Assembly: GCF_963921235.1 (NCBI RefSeq)
Contig: NC_086108.1
Location: 9,486,001-9,550,000, forward strand
Reading direction: 5' to 3'
Source: Mobula hypostoma
Lineage: Eukaryota
DNA: 64,000 nt
Shown: piece after piece, positions 24,285-36,985 of the stretch
Layout of the letters: each line of letters starts with the position of its first letter
Numbering within the stretch: the first letter of the stretch is position 1
The notes under the pieces: model-generated
Told to the model about the DNA's origin: nothing
Databases searched by the model: none
What the model saw: the letters and a program-made list of their open reading frames with translations, nothing else
Position numbers and translations under genes: made by a program

Positions 24285-26145
24285 GAAGGGAGAACACTCA
24301 GTCTGTTACTGGGCAATAAGGCAGGCCAAGTGACTGAGGGATCAGTGGGGAAAGCACTTTGGGAGCATTGACCATAATTCTATTAATATTAACACAGTTG
24401 TGGAAAGCCCACTGACACACTGCATCCTATAACCAATTAATTGTGGATCCAGTTTGGCAGCTTGTGGTGGATCCTAAGGGCTGTGACAATCAGGGTTAGT
24501 TTCTGATGACTGACACCCTATCACAAGCTTTACTGGTCCAGCCCTGATGAAGGGTCTTAGCCTGAAACATTGATGTTTATTCATCTCCGTAGATGCTGTC
24601 CGACCTGCTGGGTTCTTCCAGCATTTTGTGTGTGCAGTTGTGGAAAAAGACAGGACTAGTCCACAAGTAAGGGGGCAAGGCTAATTTTGATGGATTAGAC
24701 AGAAACCCACAAAAGGGCATCCGACAAGTCAGAGATGAGTTGAGGGTCAACACGTTCCTGTTAAGAGTTCCTGGCAAAATTTGGGAACTCTTGTTGATGT
24801 GGGACATTGAAGCTTGGGTCAGGAAAAAGGAATGTCAGGTAAAGGATCAAGCAAATCCTTTGAGTATAAGGGACATAGAAGTGGATTTAAGAGGGGAAAT
24901 AGGAGGAAGGGGATTTAAAAAAAAAGAGGATGAGATAACTTTGTCGGACAAGGTAAAAGAGAAACCAAGAGATTCTATAAATATAAAGAGCATACAGATA
25001 ACATGGACACAAACAGATCCTTAAGAATGTGGTCATCTTTGTGGAGTCCCAAAAGATGGGTGAGGTCTTAAATAAATATTTCTCGTCTATCTTTACTGTG
25101 GAGAAGGTCATGGAAGCTCAGGAATTCAGGGAAGAGAATAGTGATATCTTGAAACATATTTATGTTACAAAAAAAGGTTGGTGGATAAATCTCAGGGCGA
25201 GCCAACTGCATCCTAGAACATTGTGGGAAGGCAGAGATATTTTTAAATCACTGTTTGCTACAGGTAGGGTATTGCAAGACTGAAGGATAGCTAATGTGTC
25301 TGTATTCAAGATAGACCACAAGAACAAGTTATGGAACTTTAGGCCAATAAGTCCAACATCAGCAGTAGGAAAATTACTGCAGGGGATACTGAAACATACA
25401 TTCTACCTGCATTTGGAAAGGCAAGGGCTGATGAGGGATAGTCAACCTGGGTTTGTGTGTGGGAAATCGTGAATTGTGAATTTAATTTGAGTTTTTCATG
25501 AAGAGATGACCAAGAGAATTAGAGGGCAGGGTGGTAGACATTTACACAAACTTCAGCAAGACCTTTGTTAGAAGTTCCAGAGTAGGTTGCTCTGGAAGCT
25601 TAGATCACATAGGATCCAGGACAAGTTAGCCAACCAGATACAAAATTGGCTTCATGGCAAGAGTCTCATGGTAATAGAGGATTGCTTTCACATTGGTGGC
25701 CTGTGACCGGCAGTGTAATGTAGGGATCATAATAGGTCTACTACTGTTTGCCAACTATATTGTTTTAGATGAGAATGTAGTTGGCATTGTTGGAAGTGTG
25801 GATAACACCAAAATTGGTGATAGAGTGGACAGTGAAGGTTTTCGAAGGTTTCAACAAGATCTGGATCATCTCGGAGAGTGGAGAGAGAAAACTTAATTCA
25901 GACCAGTGCACACTATGGCAACTTGGGAAGTAAACCAAGGCAAAATTTACACAGTAAATGGCAGGGCCTGGAAAATACTGTAGAACAGATCTAGGGGTAC
26001 AAGTACATACCTTCCCAGAAGTGACAAGGAGTACACAGGGCAGTAAATAAAAAATCTGTTACATTTCCCCTCGTTGGTCAGAACACAGAGTGCAAGAATT
26101 GAATGTCATGTTACAGTTGTACAAGATGTAGTGAAATTGTACATG
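24285..26145 (+). mobile_element. Highly decayed CR1 ORF2 (further CR1 fragments at ~4925-6000, 8115-8540, 18825-19670, 20450-21420, 29030-29465, 38600-39040, 42380-43105, 48600-48880, 52800-53660, 61540-62420)
   Basis: EVLNKYFSSIFT, NFRPISPTS and DNTKIG motifs; copies share RRNFFSQRVVNLWNSLP-type 3' sequence. Confidence 0.75.
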
Positions 26146-26431
26146 GGAAGACTGATCAACAGCTACAGGAAACATTTGGTGGAAATTATTGCAGCTAAAG
26201 GAGATTCTAGCAGTTATTAAATACAAGGTTCACATACAGCCTGGACTATGAATGATTAAACAATGTGTTCAATAAAGACATGAAAAGTACTATTGCTTGT
26301 GTGTTATTAGTTTAGGCAGATTGTGTTTGTCTATTATTGTGACTTAAATGATGATCAGACCACATTTTATGAGTAACTATTGCAGAAAAACAGATAATTG
26401 CTAAGGATTCACAAACTTTTTCTTGCAACTG
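26146..26431 (+). mobile_element. 3' end and TIR fragment of the same Tc1 family (another TIR fragment at ~55651-55765)
   Basis: Matches the TIR of 2715-4315 and ends TTTTTCTTGCAACTG|TA. Confidence 0.8.
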
Positions 26432-27353
26432 TATATAAAATCATCAGGGGCAAACATAACAGAATGGTCACAGTCTTTCTTTCCAGAGTAGAGGCAGCTC
26501 AAACTAGGAAAGGAGAAAAATTAAAGGGGATTCGATGGGGCTTATTTCCCCCCATAGAGGGGACAGATATATGGAACCTGCTACCAGAAGAACTGGTAGA
26601 AATGGCCACGATTCATCATCATTACATGCTGTGTTGTATGATGTGTGTGATCATGGTCTATGACCATGATTGCTCGTCAAAATTTTCTACACATGTGATT
26701 TGCCATTGCCTTCTTCTGGGCAGTATCCTTGCAAGACAGGTGATCCCAGCCATTAACAATACTCTTCAGAGATTGTCTGCCTGGCATCAGTGGTCACATA
26801 ACCAGGACTTGTGATATGTACCACCTGCTCATATGACCATCCACCATCTGCTCCCATAGCTCCATGTGACCATGATCAGGGGGGCTAAGCAGGTGCTACA
26901 TCTTGCCCAAGGGTGACCCGCAGGCTGGTGGAGGGAAGGAGCACCTTACACTTCCTTTGGTAGAGATGTTTCTTTACCCCACCACCCATAAATTACAAAG
27001 ACAACATTTAGACAGGTGCATGGATGGGAACAGTTTAAAACAGGGGTTACCAACTATTTTTTAAGCCATGGACCAATATTGTTAAGAAAGGGGTCTGTGG
27101 ACCCCAGGTTGGGAATCCCTGGTTTGGAAGTATATGGACCAAATGGGCTTGGCTAAGACATGGAGAAGCTGGGGCTGTTTCTGCGCTGTGTAATTACAAA
27201 CTGCATAACAGCAGGAGCAATAAGGCCATTGCAATATTCACAACCTGGGCTACCATCTGCTGAGTGGTCTTACGGGCAAGTTAAAAGCCAGTTTGTATTG
27301 GTGATTTTATCTATAGGACCAGGGGAAGGGAAGAAAAAAATTCTTTGACTCAC

Positions 27354-27440
27354 CTTTTCCAATGATTTTAGCACACCTTGCCGCTCACGTAATTTCTGAA
27401 TGCTCAGAGCTATCTTGTGCCGTGCTCCCTTTGTGACATT
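27354..27440 (-). CDS. SAMD4B: SAMD4B-like coding exon, second half of the SAM domain (87 bp)
   Basis: tgcag|AAT...AAG|gtgag; [29 protein letters not shown]; phase 0/0. Confidence 0.95.
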
Positions 27441-28587
27441 CTGCACAAGAACACATTCCGTGAGATGTTGCAGAGATAGGTGACCATGGAGAAAACAAGA
27501 ATACAAGTTCCCATCCTTATCTATTAGATGAGTGGCTCGAATCCTGACTTCCATTGCTATCTCTAAGGACTCACCATGTTCTCCACATTTCTGCAGATGT
27601 ACCGTGGAGAACATTCTCACTGCATCATGTCATGTATGGGGGTGGGGGGGGGGAGGGCTACTGCAGAGAGTTGTAAACTCAGTCAGCTCCATCGTGGGCA
27701 CTAGCCTCCATAGTATCCAGGACATCTTCAAGGAGCTGTGCCTTACAAAGGCAGCGTTCCTTATTAAGGAATCTCCCCTCACCCAGGACATGCCCTCTTC
27801 TCATTTCTGCCATCCGAAAGGAGGTACAGGAGCCTGAAGACACACACTCAGTGATTCAGGAACAGCTTCTTCCCCTCTGCCATCTGATTTCTGAATGGAC
27901 AATGAATCCATGAACACAGCTCACTACTTCTTTATTTCTATTTTTGCACTACTTACTTAACTATTTATAAAAATATACTTTCTGCAATTTAGTTTTTTTT
28001 CCCCTCTATTATTATGTATTGCATTCTACTGCTGCCACAAATTTCACAACATATGCCGGTGATATTAAACCTGATTCTGATTCTGTGCTCTGTTGCAGAT
28101 TCCTCCAACTACTCTAATTTATCAAGGTGCAGGTGACTGGCCTCTGTATATTGCCCCTAGTGTGCAGGTGAGTAGTGGAATCTCGTGCTCTTGAGGGAGG
28201 AAGTTGGTTGGAAGTTGATAGGGATGTGGAGAGAATAGGTCATGGGTGGGGGAGGGGGGGTCTCACAGAGATTCATAGGTTGAAAGCCTTACATCCAAAG
28301 GAAATAAGAAGCAAGCCTGGATGGAAGCCAGACATGGGCTCGTGTGTGGCACCTCACCCCAACTCCAGCAGTAACCAGGATCACACAAGAATGGTCACTG
28401 AGTTCACTATGGTCCACTGATATATTGGAGAGCTTTAAGCAGCTATAGAACAGTGCCCCATAATGTTATCATTGGTGGATAAGGGAGAAGGAAATAAAAC
28501 AGAACAGAATATTGCTCAGGGACACTACACTTCTACTTAAGAGTAAAAAAGAGCATCACCCAAGAACATCTCAAACACTTCCAAATG

Positions 28588-29006
28588 TCATGTCACGGCT
28601 CTGTCTGTCTAAGTAGGCAATGAATGCGCCTGCCTGGGGTGCAGACCTGGGTGATGAATATGGAGATCCTGGGCTGCCCAGACATCAAGATCCCCCACTC
28701 AGCCTCACGGATATGGTCCAAAGGAATGCGAAGCAGTACATTTAGCATCAGCTTGGCTGCAGGAGCTGCTGGAAGGTGACGTGATACGCCATCCAACCGC
28801 CTTAGGGGCTCCACTCCGGATTTGTGTAGGGTTTTCTCTTTAGCCTTCTCTTCTCCCGAAGATACCCACAAGGCGGTGGGATCCGTAACCCTGGATAGGG
28901 GCCCATACCGGGTACTGTCAGCCGGAGCCAGCTGAGCCCAGGACTCGTGTAAGGCAGGGTCGTCATGCCCTGTCGTAGTGACATATGGAGCCACTACCCA
29001 CTACCC
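28588..29006. mobile_element. Unclassified GC-rich non-coding retroposon insertion
   Basis: 13-bp TSD ACACTTCCAAATG at 28575-28587 and 29007-29019; on its minus strand it shares motif blocks with 29794-30285. Confidence 0.7.
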
Positions 29007-29793
29007 ACACTTCCAAATGAACGATACAAATAAAGAGCGTTTGATGGTTCTGTGCCTGTACTCATTGATGTTTAGAAGAATGAGGAAGGGGAAATCTCAT
29101 TGAAAGCTATTGAATCTTGAAAGGCCTAGATAGAGAGGATTTGGAGGGGATGTTTCCTATAGTGGGAGAGTCTAGGACCAGAGGCACAGCCTCAGAGTAC
29201 AAAGATATCCCTTTAGAATGGAGCTCAGGAGGAATTTCTTTAGCTAGGAGGTGGTGAATCTGTAGAATTCATTGCCACAGAAGGTTGTGACACCCAAGTC
29301 ATTGGGTATATTTAAAGAGGAGGTCGATAATTTCTGGATTAGTCAGGACTATGGGGAGAAGGCAGGAGATTAGGTTTGCGGGGGAAAGTGGAGCTGCTAT
29401 GTTGGAATGGTGAGCAGACTCAGTAAGCCAAATGGCTTAATTCTGCTGCAATGCCTTATGCTCAAATACTTACTAATGGAAAATCAGATACATATCTGGA
29501 TTAACTCAATATATCCTCCTGGGTTATATGTATGACAAAACTTTAGCAATCTGTCACATGGGGCACCACAGTAGCCGCAGATAGCAGAGCGCTATTATAG
29601 CTCAGGGCATTCTGGGGTTTGGAGTTCAATTACGGTGCCGTTCTGGTTGTCCTCCTTGTGAAATACGTGGGTTTTCCCTGGATGCTCTGGTTTTCTCCCA
29701 CAGTCCAAAGATGTATGGGTTAGGTTAACTGGTCACTGTAAATTGTCCCATGATTCAAGTTATGGTTATTAGGATTCTTTAAGGTGTCACAGT

Positions 29794-30285
29794 CAGGGGT
29801 GGTAATGGGGATAAGCTCCCACTACTTATAAAATGCCCCCAATGGCGTGCACCTCAAATAGCCACTGACAACCAAGTCCAGCTCCTGATTTTCATGTGTG
29901 GCTTAGTTACTAAGCCTGGTGGAACTGTTTTTACTGACAGGAGAAGGGGGCAAAGGTGGGTTACTGATGCCTTAAAAACCTTGTGGCTGTACACACTCGT
30001 GGGGAAGTCTTTGGGAGTAAACCCTGAGGGAAGAATCTACAGTTGGAGTCCCTAAGGCAATCCTACATTGAGTTCAACGCTGACTGGCAACTCCTGCGAC
30101 ACTGTTGGTACCAAACTATATTGGTCTCTGGCATTCCTTGGGTTCACTAGATGCATTGGGGGGGGGGAGGAGGGGAGATTGCTATATGGGTAACAGCTTG
30201 CTCTCCATATTGTACTGCTCAGGCTTGCATATCTAGACAGCTAGGACGCAGTATCTACAGACAACCCTGACTGATGAAGGCCTCA
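29794..30285 (+). mobile_element. Unclassified non-coding retroposon-like element inserted in a V-SINE
   Basis: Interrupts the V-SINE at 29560-30395; blocks AAACCCT..GGAGTCCCTAAGGC, CTCCTGC, GCATTCCTT and CTCCATATT. Confidence 0.5.
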
Positions 30286-30396
30286 GTCAGTCCTTTGGGT
30301 CTGTGGGGTTGCTGGGGCCGCATGGCTGGAAGGGCTGGAAGGGCCGACTCTGAGCTGTACCACTAAACAAATAGATACTAAATAAAAATAAAAATG

Positions 30397-30591
30397 TGTG
30401 GCGACCCACTTTCTGACACCCACGAACCGGCTCACGAAACAGCGCGCGCAGGCAGAGGGCAGGCCGCAAAAAGGGCGGGAACGGGAAGGCTTTAAAGCGG
30501 GCCGCGAAGTTTGAATAAACCTCTTTCATCGCAACTCCAACTCACCGACTCCGTGTGGTTATTCTAGCGCTGTGTGTAGCACATCGCTACA
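30397..30591 (+). repeat. 5' LTR of the Gypsy element
   Basis: TGTGGCGA...TCGCTACA termini; TTTAAA and AATAAA (30514-30519) inside; 4 mismatches vs the 3' LTR. Confidence 0.96.
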
Positions 30592-30593
30592 AT

Positions 30594-30607
30594 TGGTGAC
30601 CCCGACG
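30594..30607 (+). other. Primer-binding site, tRNA-Trp
   Basis: TGGTGACCCCGACG, 2 nt after the 5' LTR, complementary to the 3' end of vertebrate tRNA-Trp (...CGUCGGGGUCACCA). Confidence 0.85.
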
Positions 30608-30631
30608 GCCCAAACGATATTTGGACCAGAG

Positions 30632-33600
30632 ATGACCGATGCCGCATCTGTTCACGCAGTTTCGTTACAACTGCCAGGCTTCAGGACGCTGCGACCCCAT
30701 TTATGGTTCGAACAGGCAGAAGCACAATTCCACATTCGGCAGATAACCTCGGAGTCCACTCGCTACTACTACGTGCTGAGCTCCCTCGACCAGGAGACTG
30801 TTGCACAAGTTAAGGAGTTTATACAGTCGCCCCCGGAGGACGGCAAATACACAGCATTCAAAACCCTGCTCATAAGGACTTTCGGACTCTCACGGCGCGA
30901 ACGAGCACGCCGCTTAATGCACCTGGATGGTTTGGGAGACAGGCCGCCGTCAACATTAATGAACGAGATGCTGGCCCTGGCTGAAAGACACAAACCCTGC
31001 CTCATGTTTGAGCAGGCGTTCCTAGAGCAACTGCCTGAGGACATATGCCTGCTGCTGTCCGACGCAGATTTCAGCAAACCCTGGGAGGTGGCGGCCCGAG
31101 CAGATGTGCTGTGGAATGCCAGGAAAGAGAGAGGGGCATCCGTCGCACAGATCACCAAGCCGCGTGCCCAACGACAGACCAGACCAGGCCCGGCAGCAGA
31201 GCCTACAAAACCCGGCGACGGGAGTGAGGAGCCCAATGAACAATGGTGTTTCTACCACCAGCGGTGGGGCACGGAGGCCCACCGCTGCAGACCGCCCTGC
31301 AAATTCCTGGGAAATGCCAAGGCCCAGCCGCTGCCGATCGCTACGGCGGCTGGCCATCAGGACAGTCTCCTGTACGTCTGGGACAAGCAGTCGAGACGCC
31401 GCTTTTTGGTCGACACCGGAGCGGAGATCAGCATCTTACCTCCAACGAGTTACGACACCCGCAACAGAGAACCGGGACCCACCCTGAGGGCCGCTAATGG
31501 CAGCACAATACGAACCTACGGCACCCGCACGGTGCGGCTACAGTTCAGCTCCAGCTGGTTCACGTGGGACTTCACACTGGCCGCCGTGGCCCAACCACTC
31601 CTGGGCACGGATTTTCTACGAGCCCACAGCCTGCTGGTCGACTTGCAAAGGAAGCGATTAGTCCATGCCAAGACTTTTCAAACGTTCTCCCTGGGTGAAG
31701 CACAGTTGCCAGCCCCACACCTGGACTCCATCACGCTGTCCGACGATGAATTCACCAGGGTCCTGGCGGATTTCCCATCAGTACTGACACCGCAGTTCAC
31801 GGCAGCCATGCCCAGACACGGAGTACAGCACCACATCCCGACCCAGGGACCACCCCTCCACGCCCGTGCTTGAAGGCTTCCCCCGGACAAGCTCCGACTG
31901 GCGAAGGAGGAGTTCAAGAAGATGGAGGAATTAGGGATCATACGACGGTCCGACAGCCCATGGGCCTCCCTCCTTCACATGGTGCCCAAGGCAACGGGGG
32001 GCTGGAGACCATGAGGTGACTACCGCAGACTGAACGAGGCTACAACGCCAGACCGCTACCCTGTGCCGCACATTCAAGACTTCGCAGCAAACCTACACGG
32101 CGCAAGGATCTTTTCCAAGGTAGACCTCGTCCGGGGATACCATCAAATCCCTGTACATCCGGACGACATCCCCAAAACAGCACTTATCACCCCGTTCGGA
32201 CTTTTCGAATTCCTCCGAATGCCGTTTGGTCTAAAGAACGCCGCACAGACTTTCCAGCGGCTAATGGACGCGGTGGGACACGACCTGGACTTTGCATTCA
32301 TCTATTTGGACGACATCCTCATAGCGAGCAGTAGTCGGCAGGAGCATCTGTCCCACCTCCGCCAGCTCTACTCCCGCCTGAGTGAATTCGGCCTTACAAT
32401 CAATCCAGCCAAATGCCAGTTTGGACTCGACACCATCGACTTCCTGGGCCACAGGATTACTAAAGACGGGGCAACCCCGCTGCCCGCCAAGGTAGACGCG
32501 GTCCGCCACTTCCCCCGACCCAACACAATCAAAGGCTTGCAGGAATTCGTGGGTATGGTGAATTTCTACCACTGTTTCCTCCCCTCAGCAGCCCGAACGA
32601 TGCGCCCCTTGTTCACTCTAATGTCGGGTAAGGGCAAGGACATTACCTGGAACCAAGAGGCCGCAACCGCTTTCATTAAAACCAAAGAAGCCTTGGCAAA
32701 CGCCGCGATGCTAGTGCACCCCAGAACGGACGTTCCTACTGCCCTCACGGTGGACGCATCCAACACAGCAGTCGGTGGAGTGCTGGAACAACTCATCGAG
32801 GGTCGCTGGCAACCCCTGGCGTTCTTCAGCAAACACCTACGACCACCGGAACTCAAATACAGTGCTTTCGACCGGGAGCTATTGGCACTATACCTGGCAA
32901 TCCGGCATTTCAGGTACTTCTTAGAAGGTAGGCCCTTCACCGCGTTCACCGACCACAAACTGCTTACCTTTGCGTTCACTAAGGTGTCCGACCCCTGGTC
33001 GTCCCGCCAGCAGCAACATCTGTCCTACATCTCCGAGTACACGACGGACATCCGGCATGTCTCTGGAAAGAACAATGTCGTGGCAGACGCACTTTCCAGA
33101 CCTACTATACAGGCCCTGTCCCAGGGGGTGGACTATGCAGCGCTGGCAGAGGCACAGCAGGCAGACGCTGAGATCCCCAGTTACAGGACTGCAGTCTCCG
33201 GTTTGCAGCTCCAAGACCTCCCCGTAGGCCCAGGTGAGAGGACCCTCCTGTGTGACGTAGCTACTGGCCAACCCCGCCCCGTCGTCCCAGCAGCCTGGCG
33301 CCGGCGGGTGTTCGAATCCATTCACAACTTAGCGCACCCCTCCATCAGGACAACCGTCCGGCTGGTCTCCAACAGGTTCGTGTGGCATGGACTGCGTAAA
33401 CAGGTCAGTGAATGGGCCAAAACGTGTATGCAGTGCCAAACGGCCAAGGTGCAGCGGCACACCAAGGCTCCACCGCAGCGGTTCGAACCCACCCGTTGGA
33501 GGTTTGACCACATCCATGTGGATATCGTGGGGCCCCTGCCAGTGTCACGAGGAGCGCGGTACCTCCTAACTATGATAGACCGGTTCACCAGATGGCCAGA

Positions 33601-34495
33601 GGCAGTCCCACTCAGCGACACCACCTCCGAATCCTGCGCCCGAGCACTGATCGCAACCTGGGTAGCACGCTTTGGGGTACCGGCCCACATTACCTCCGAC
33701 AGGGGCGCCCAGTTCACCTCCAGCCTGTGGTCGGCTATGGCCAGACTTTTAGAAACACAGCTACACCACACAACTGCCTACCACCCACAGTCGAACGGAC
33801 TAGTGGAGCGCTTCCACCGTCACCTGAAATCGGCTCTCATGGCCCGCCTGGAGGGGCCTAACTGGGTGGACGAACTTCCCTGGGTCCTGCTCGGAATCCG
33901 CACGGCGCCCAAAGAGGATCTACACACCTCGTCGGCCGAGTTGGTGTACGGCGCGCCCCTGGTCGTCCCAGGAGAGTTCATACCAGCCCCAAGGGGGCAA
34001 GAGGAAGAACCCACAGCAGTCCTGGACAGACTACGGGAGAGGCTCGGTAACCTGGCCCCCATACCCACTTCACAGCACGGACAGAGCCCGACCTGCGTAC
34101 CCAAAGACCTGCAGAACTGTAAGTTTCTTTTTGTACGACGGGGCGGACACCGGGCACCGCTACAGCGGCCCTACGAGAGGCCGTTTAAGGTGATCAGCAA
34201 CAACGGGTCCACGTTCGTGCTGGACATTGGGGGGAGAGAGGAGGTTTTCACGGTGGACCGACTCAAACCGGCCCATGTGGACTTGGCGCAACCGGTCCAG
34301 GCTCAGGCACCACGGCGCAGGGGCAGACCTCCCAAACAGAGGCCGATCCAGACTGTGGACATTGGGGGAGGTATCGCCGGTTCTGGGGGGGCGTTATGTG
34401 GCGACCCACTTTCTGACACCCACGAACCAGCTCACGAAACAGCGCGCGCAGGCAGAGGGCAGGCAGCAAAAAGGGCGGGAACGGGAAGGCTTTAA
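30632..34495 (+). pseudogene. Gypsy gag-pol in one frame with two premature TGA stops (31871-31873, 32012-32014)
   Basis: Gag with a CFYH...C..PC knuckle; protease FLVDTGA; RT YLDD; RNase H TVDAS/DRELLA/ADALSR; integrase HNLAH-CMQC with HVD/SDRG/VER. ORFs 30572-31873 and 32063-34495 are in the same frame. Confidence 0.93.
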
Positions 34496-34591
34496 AGCAG
34501 GCCGCGAAGTTTGAATAAATCTCTTTCATCGCAACTCCAACTCACCGACTCCGTGTGGTTATTCTAGCGCTGTGTGTAGCACATCGCTACA
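34397..34591 (+). repeat. 3' LTR of the Gypsy element
   Basis: 191/195 identical to 30397-30591; followed by TSD AATG. Confidence 0.96.
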
Positions 34592-34693
34592 AATGTACAT
34601 TTACCACACTGCAGTTCATTAAAGTGTGAATAGACAATAGACAAATTATTTTGATTACCCAATAAATAAAGGACAGACAATTTATCCACAAAC

Positions 34694-34803
34694 CTGAGAT
34701 TCCAATTGGTGTTCAGTCAGGTTCATCATCTCTTCATACGTTAGCTGTGAGAAGAGCGACGCATATTTGTGTAGCCGAAGACTTTTCAACCAAGTGGGCA
34801 CAT
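34694..34803 (-). CDS. SAMD4B: SAMD4B-like coding exon, first half of the RNA-binding SAM domain (110 bp)
   Basis: atcacag|AT...TCTCAG|gtttg; [37 protein letters not shown] (not in the ORF track); phase 1/0. Confidence 0.95.
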
Positions 34804-36745
34804 CTGTGATAAAAATGAGAAACCAAAAAATCTCACTTCAGAAACAGAGGGAAAACTATCATTAGTTGACGGACCTGTTACAATAAATAATTCAATTGTA
34901 TAATAGCAATTATAGTTATAGAGTAGATACTGAAGTTTAGTTATCCACCTACTAACCAGTCACATCTCAATTTAACTGTCAACACCATTCACTACATTCA
35001 TAGCTAGAATCCATCCAAATGTGTTCCAACACTATTACAACCCAACTGACCAGAAATTTGAAGACTGATACTCCCAAGAAAGATTTCATAATATATGCCA
35101 ATAGATTATACTTACCCACAGGAGGGAAAAGAGAAAATAAAACACCCAAACCTCTTCCACAGACCTAACACAATTGATTCACAGAATCAACAAACAATGA
35201 TGTTGCCGAGGCCACTGAATTTCAGCACGGAGGAATAACTGAGTAGGTTGGATGTTATGCTAAAACAATGCAGAACCAGTGTGGACAGCTTCACTCACCA
35301 CAGCTCTGAACTGATCATTGAACATAACCTATGGACTCAATTTCAAAGACTCTACAAGTCATGTTCTCAGAATTACTTATTTAATATTATTAGGTTCTTT
35401 TTGTATTTACAGTTTGTCTTCTTTTGCACATTGATTTGTTTGTTCAAAGTTTAAAGTAATTTTTATTATCAAAGTACATAAACCTCACCATATATAACCA
35501 AGATAATTTTTTCGTGGGCATATTCAACAAATCTATAGTATAATAACCATAACAGAAACAATGAAAAACTGAACCAACTTGGATGTTTAACCAGAGTGTA
35601 GAAGACAACAAGCTGCAAACACGAAAAGAGGAAATAATAATAAAAATAAATAAGCAATAAATATCAAGAACATAAGATGGCGTGAGTCCATTGGATGTGG
35701 AAACATTTCAATGATGGGACAAGTGAAGTTATCCCCTGTGGTTCAAGAGCCTGATGGTTGAGGGGTAATTAACTGTTCCTGATCCTGGTGGTGGTGTCCA
35801 GAGTCCTGGGTGTAGTTTTCCATTGATGCTATTATACTACTTTGATCTACTGTAAATGCCTGAAAGAAAATGAATCTCAGGGTATTATTCTGTAACGTGC
35901 AAGTACTTTGATAATAAATTTACTTTGAACTTTGAAGAGAGTTACAGAGAAGTTATGCATCAATAACTTCGGAATCTAGATTTTACAGTTCATTTTAGTA
36001 AACACCATCTTGGGTCAATCCAAAGAATGTAGGGGTCCCAAACTAATTGAGTTTGTCTAGCTGAAGCAGAAAGCATCTTATGGTACTGGATGCGCTGTGA
36101 CACACAAGGCTAGAGGTGAAAGGTTAAAGATTGGGATCAGGCTAGATCTTAGATAAGCAAGCACAGTCTGACTGATTATAGTTCATGGACTCAGCAACAA
36201 GAGGCTTGACATGGAGCATGCCGTGCAAGTGATGACTATTTAAAGGCAGAAAAAGTCAGTGATTACTTCTGCTTTAGTGCAGTTTTCCAGTAAAATCACA
36301 GTAACAAAACCAGAAAAATCAACAGACAGTTGAGCCCTTGTCATATCTAGCATAAACAAATCTGCATACTGTGAAATACCAAGTAGATAACCATCACAAA
36401 GTGAAGCTCTGTTAATGCATACATTAAACCTCTTATGACAGATTACTAACAAATTATACATAAGGAGAAAACTAGCAGACATTGGATTATGTATTTCCCC
36501 TTTTCGAGTAGTTAATGACTACTAGTTGATATTGTTATTGGTTCATTATTGCCACCTGTACCAAGATTGCCTTGCATACTGTTGAGATAGATCAAATCTT
36601 ATCGTACAAGAGTTAGATAACAGTGCGATAGAAGCTGTCCTTGAACTTGGTGGCTTGATATTCAAATTTAACTCTTGCTACAAAAGTGCCTGTCGCAAGT
36701 CTCAAAATATGAGGCTGACAAAAATTCAAAGTACTTTCCAAGTAT

Positions 36746-36985
36746 CACACATCAAAGTTGCTGGTGAACGCAGCAGGCCAGGCAGCATCTCTAGGAAGAG
36801 GTACAGTCGACATTTCAGGCCGAGACCCTTCATCAGGACTAACCCTTCCTTCAGTTAGTCCTGATGAAGGGTCTGGGCCTGAAACGTCGACCGTACCTCT
36901 TCCTAGAGATGCTGCCTGACCTGGTTCACCAGCAACTTTGATGTGTGTTGCTTGAATTTCCAGCATCTGCAGAATTCCTGTTGTT
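36746..36985. mobile_element. Second fold-back Penelope-like insertion with hammerhead motifs
   Basis: Same arms and near-identical spacer as 2019-2267; 14-bp TSD TACTTTCCAAGTAT at 36732-36745 and 36986-36999. Confidence 0.87.
36857..36892 (+). ncRNA. Minimal hammerhead motif, intact core (antisense partner at 36805-36840 on the minus strand)
   Basis: AGTC-CTGATGA-AGG(GTCTGGG)CCT-GAAA-C-GTC-GACC; the minus copy reads AGTC-CTGATGA-AGGGTCTCGGCCT-GAAA-T-GTC-GACT. Confidence 0.73.

Larger units (their letters stand above)
30397..34591 (+). mobile_element. Full-length Ty3/Gypsy LTR retrotransposon (4195 bp), antisense to the host gene
   Basis: Two 195-bp LTRs (TG...CA); 4-bp TSD AATG at 30393-30396 and 34592-34595; PBS; G-rich PPT before the 3' LTR; gag-PR-RT-RH-IN order. 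Confidence 0.97.

Noticed and set aside
30769..34529. Antisense and alternate-frame ORFs inside the Gypsy element (e.g. an env-like gene)
   Set aside because: Shadow ORFs of GC-rich gag-pol; there is no room for an extra gene between integrase and the 3' LTR
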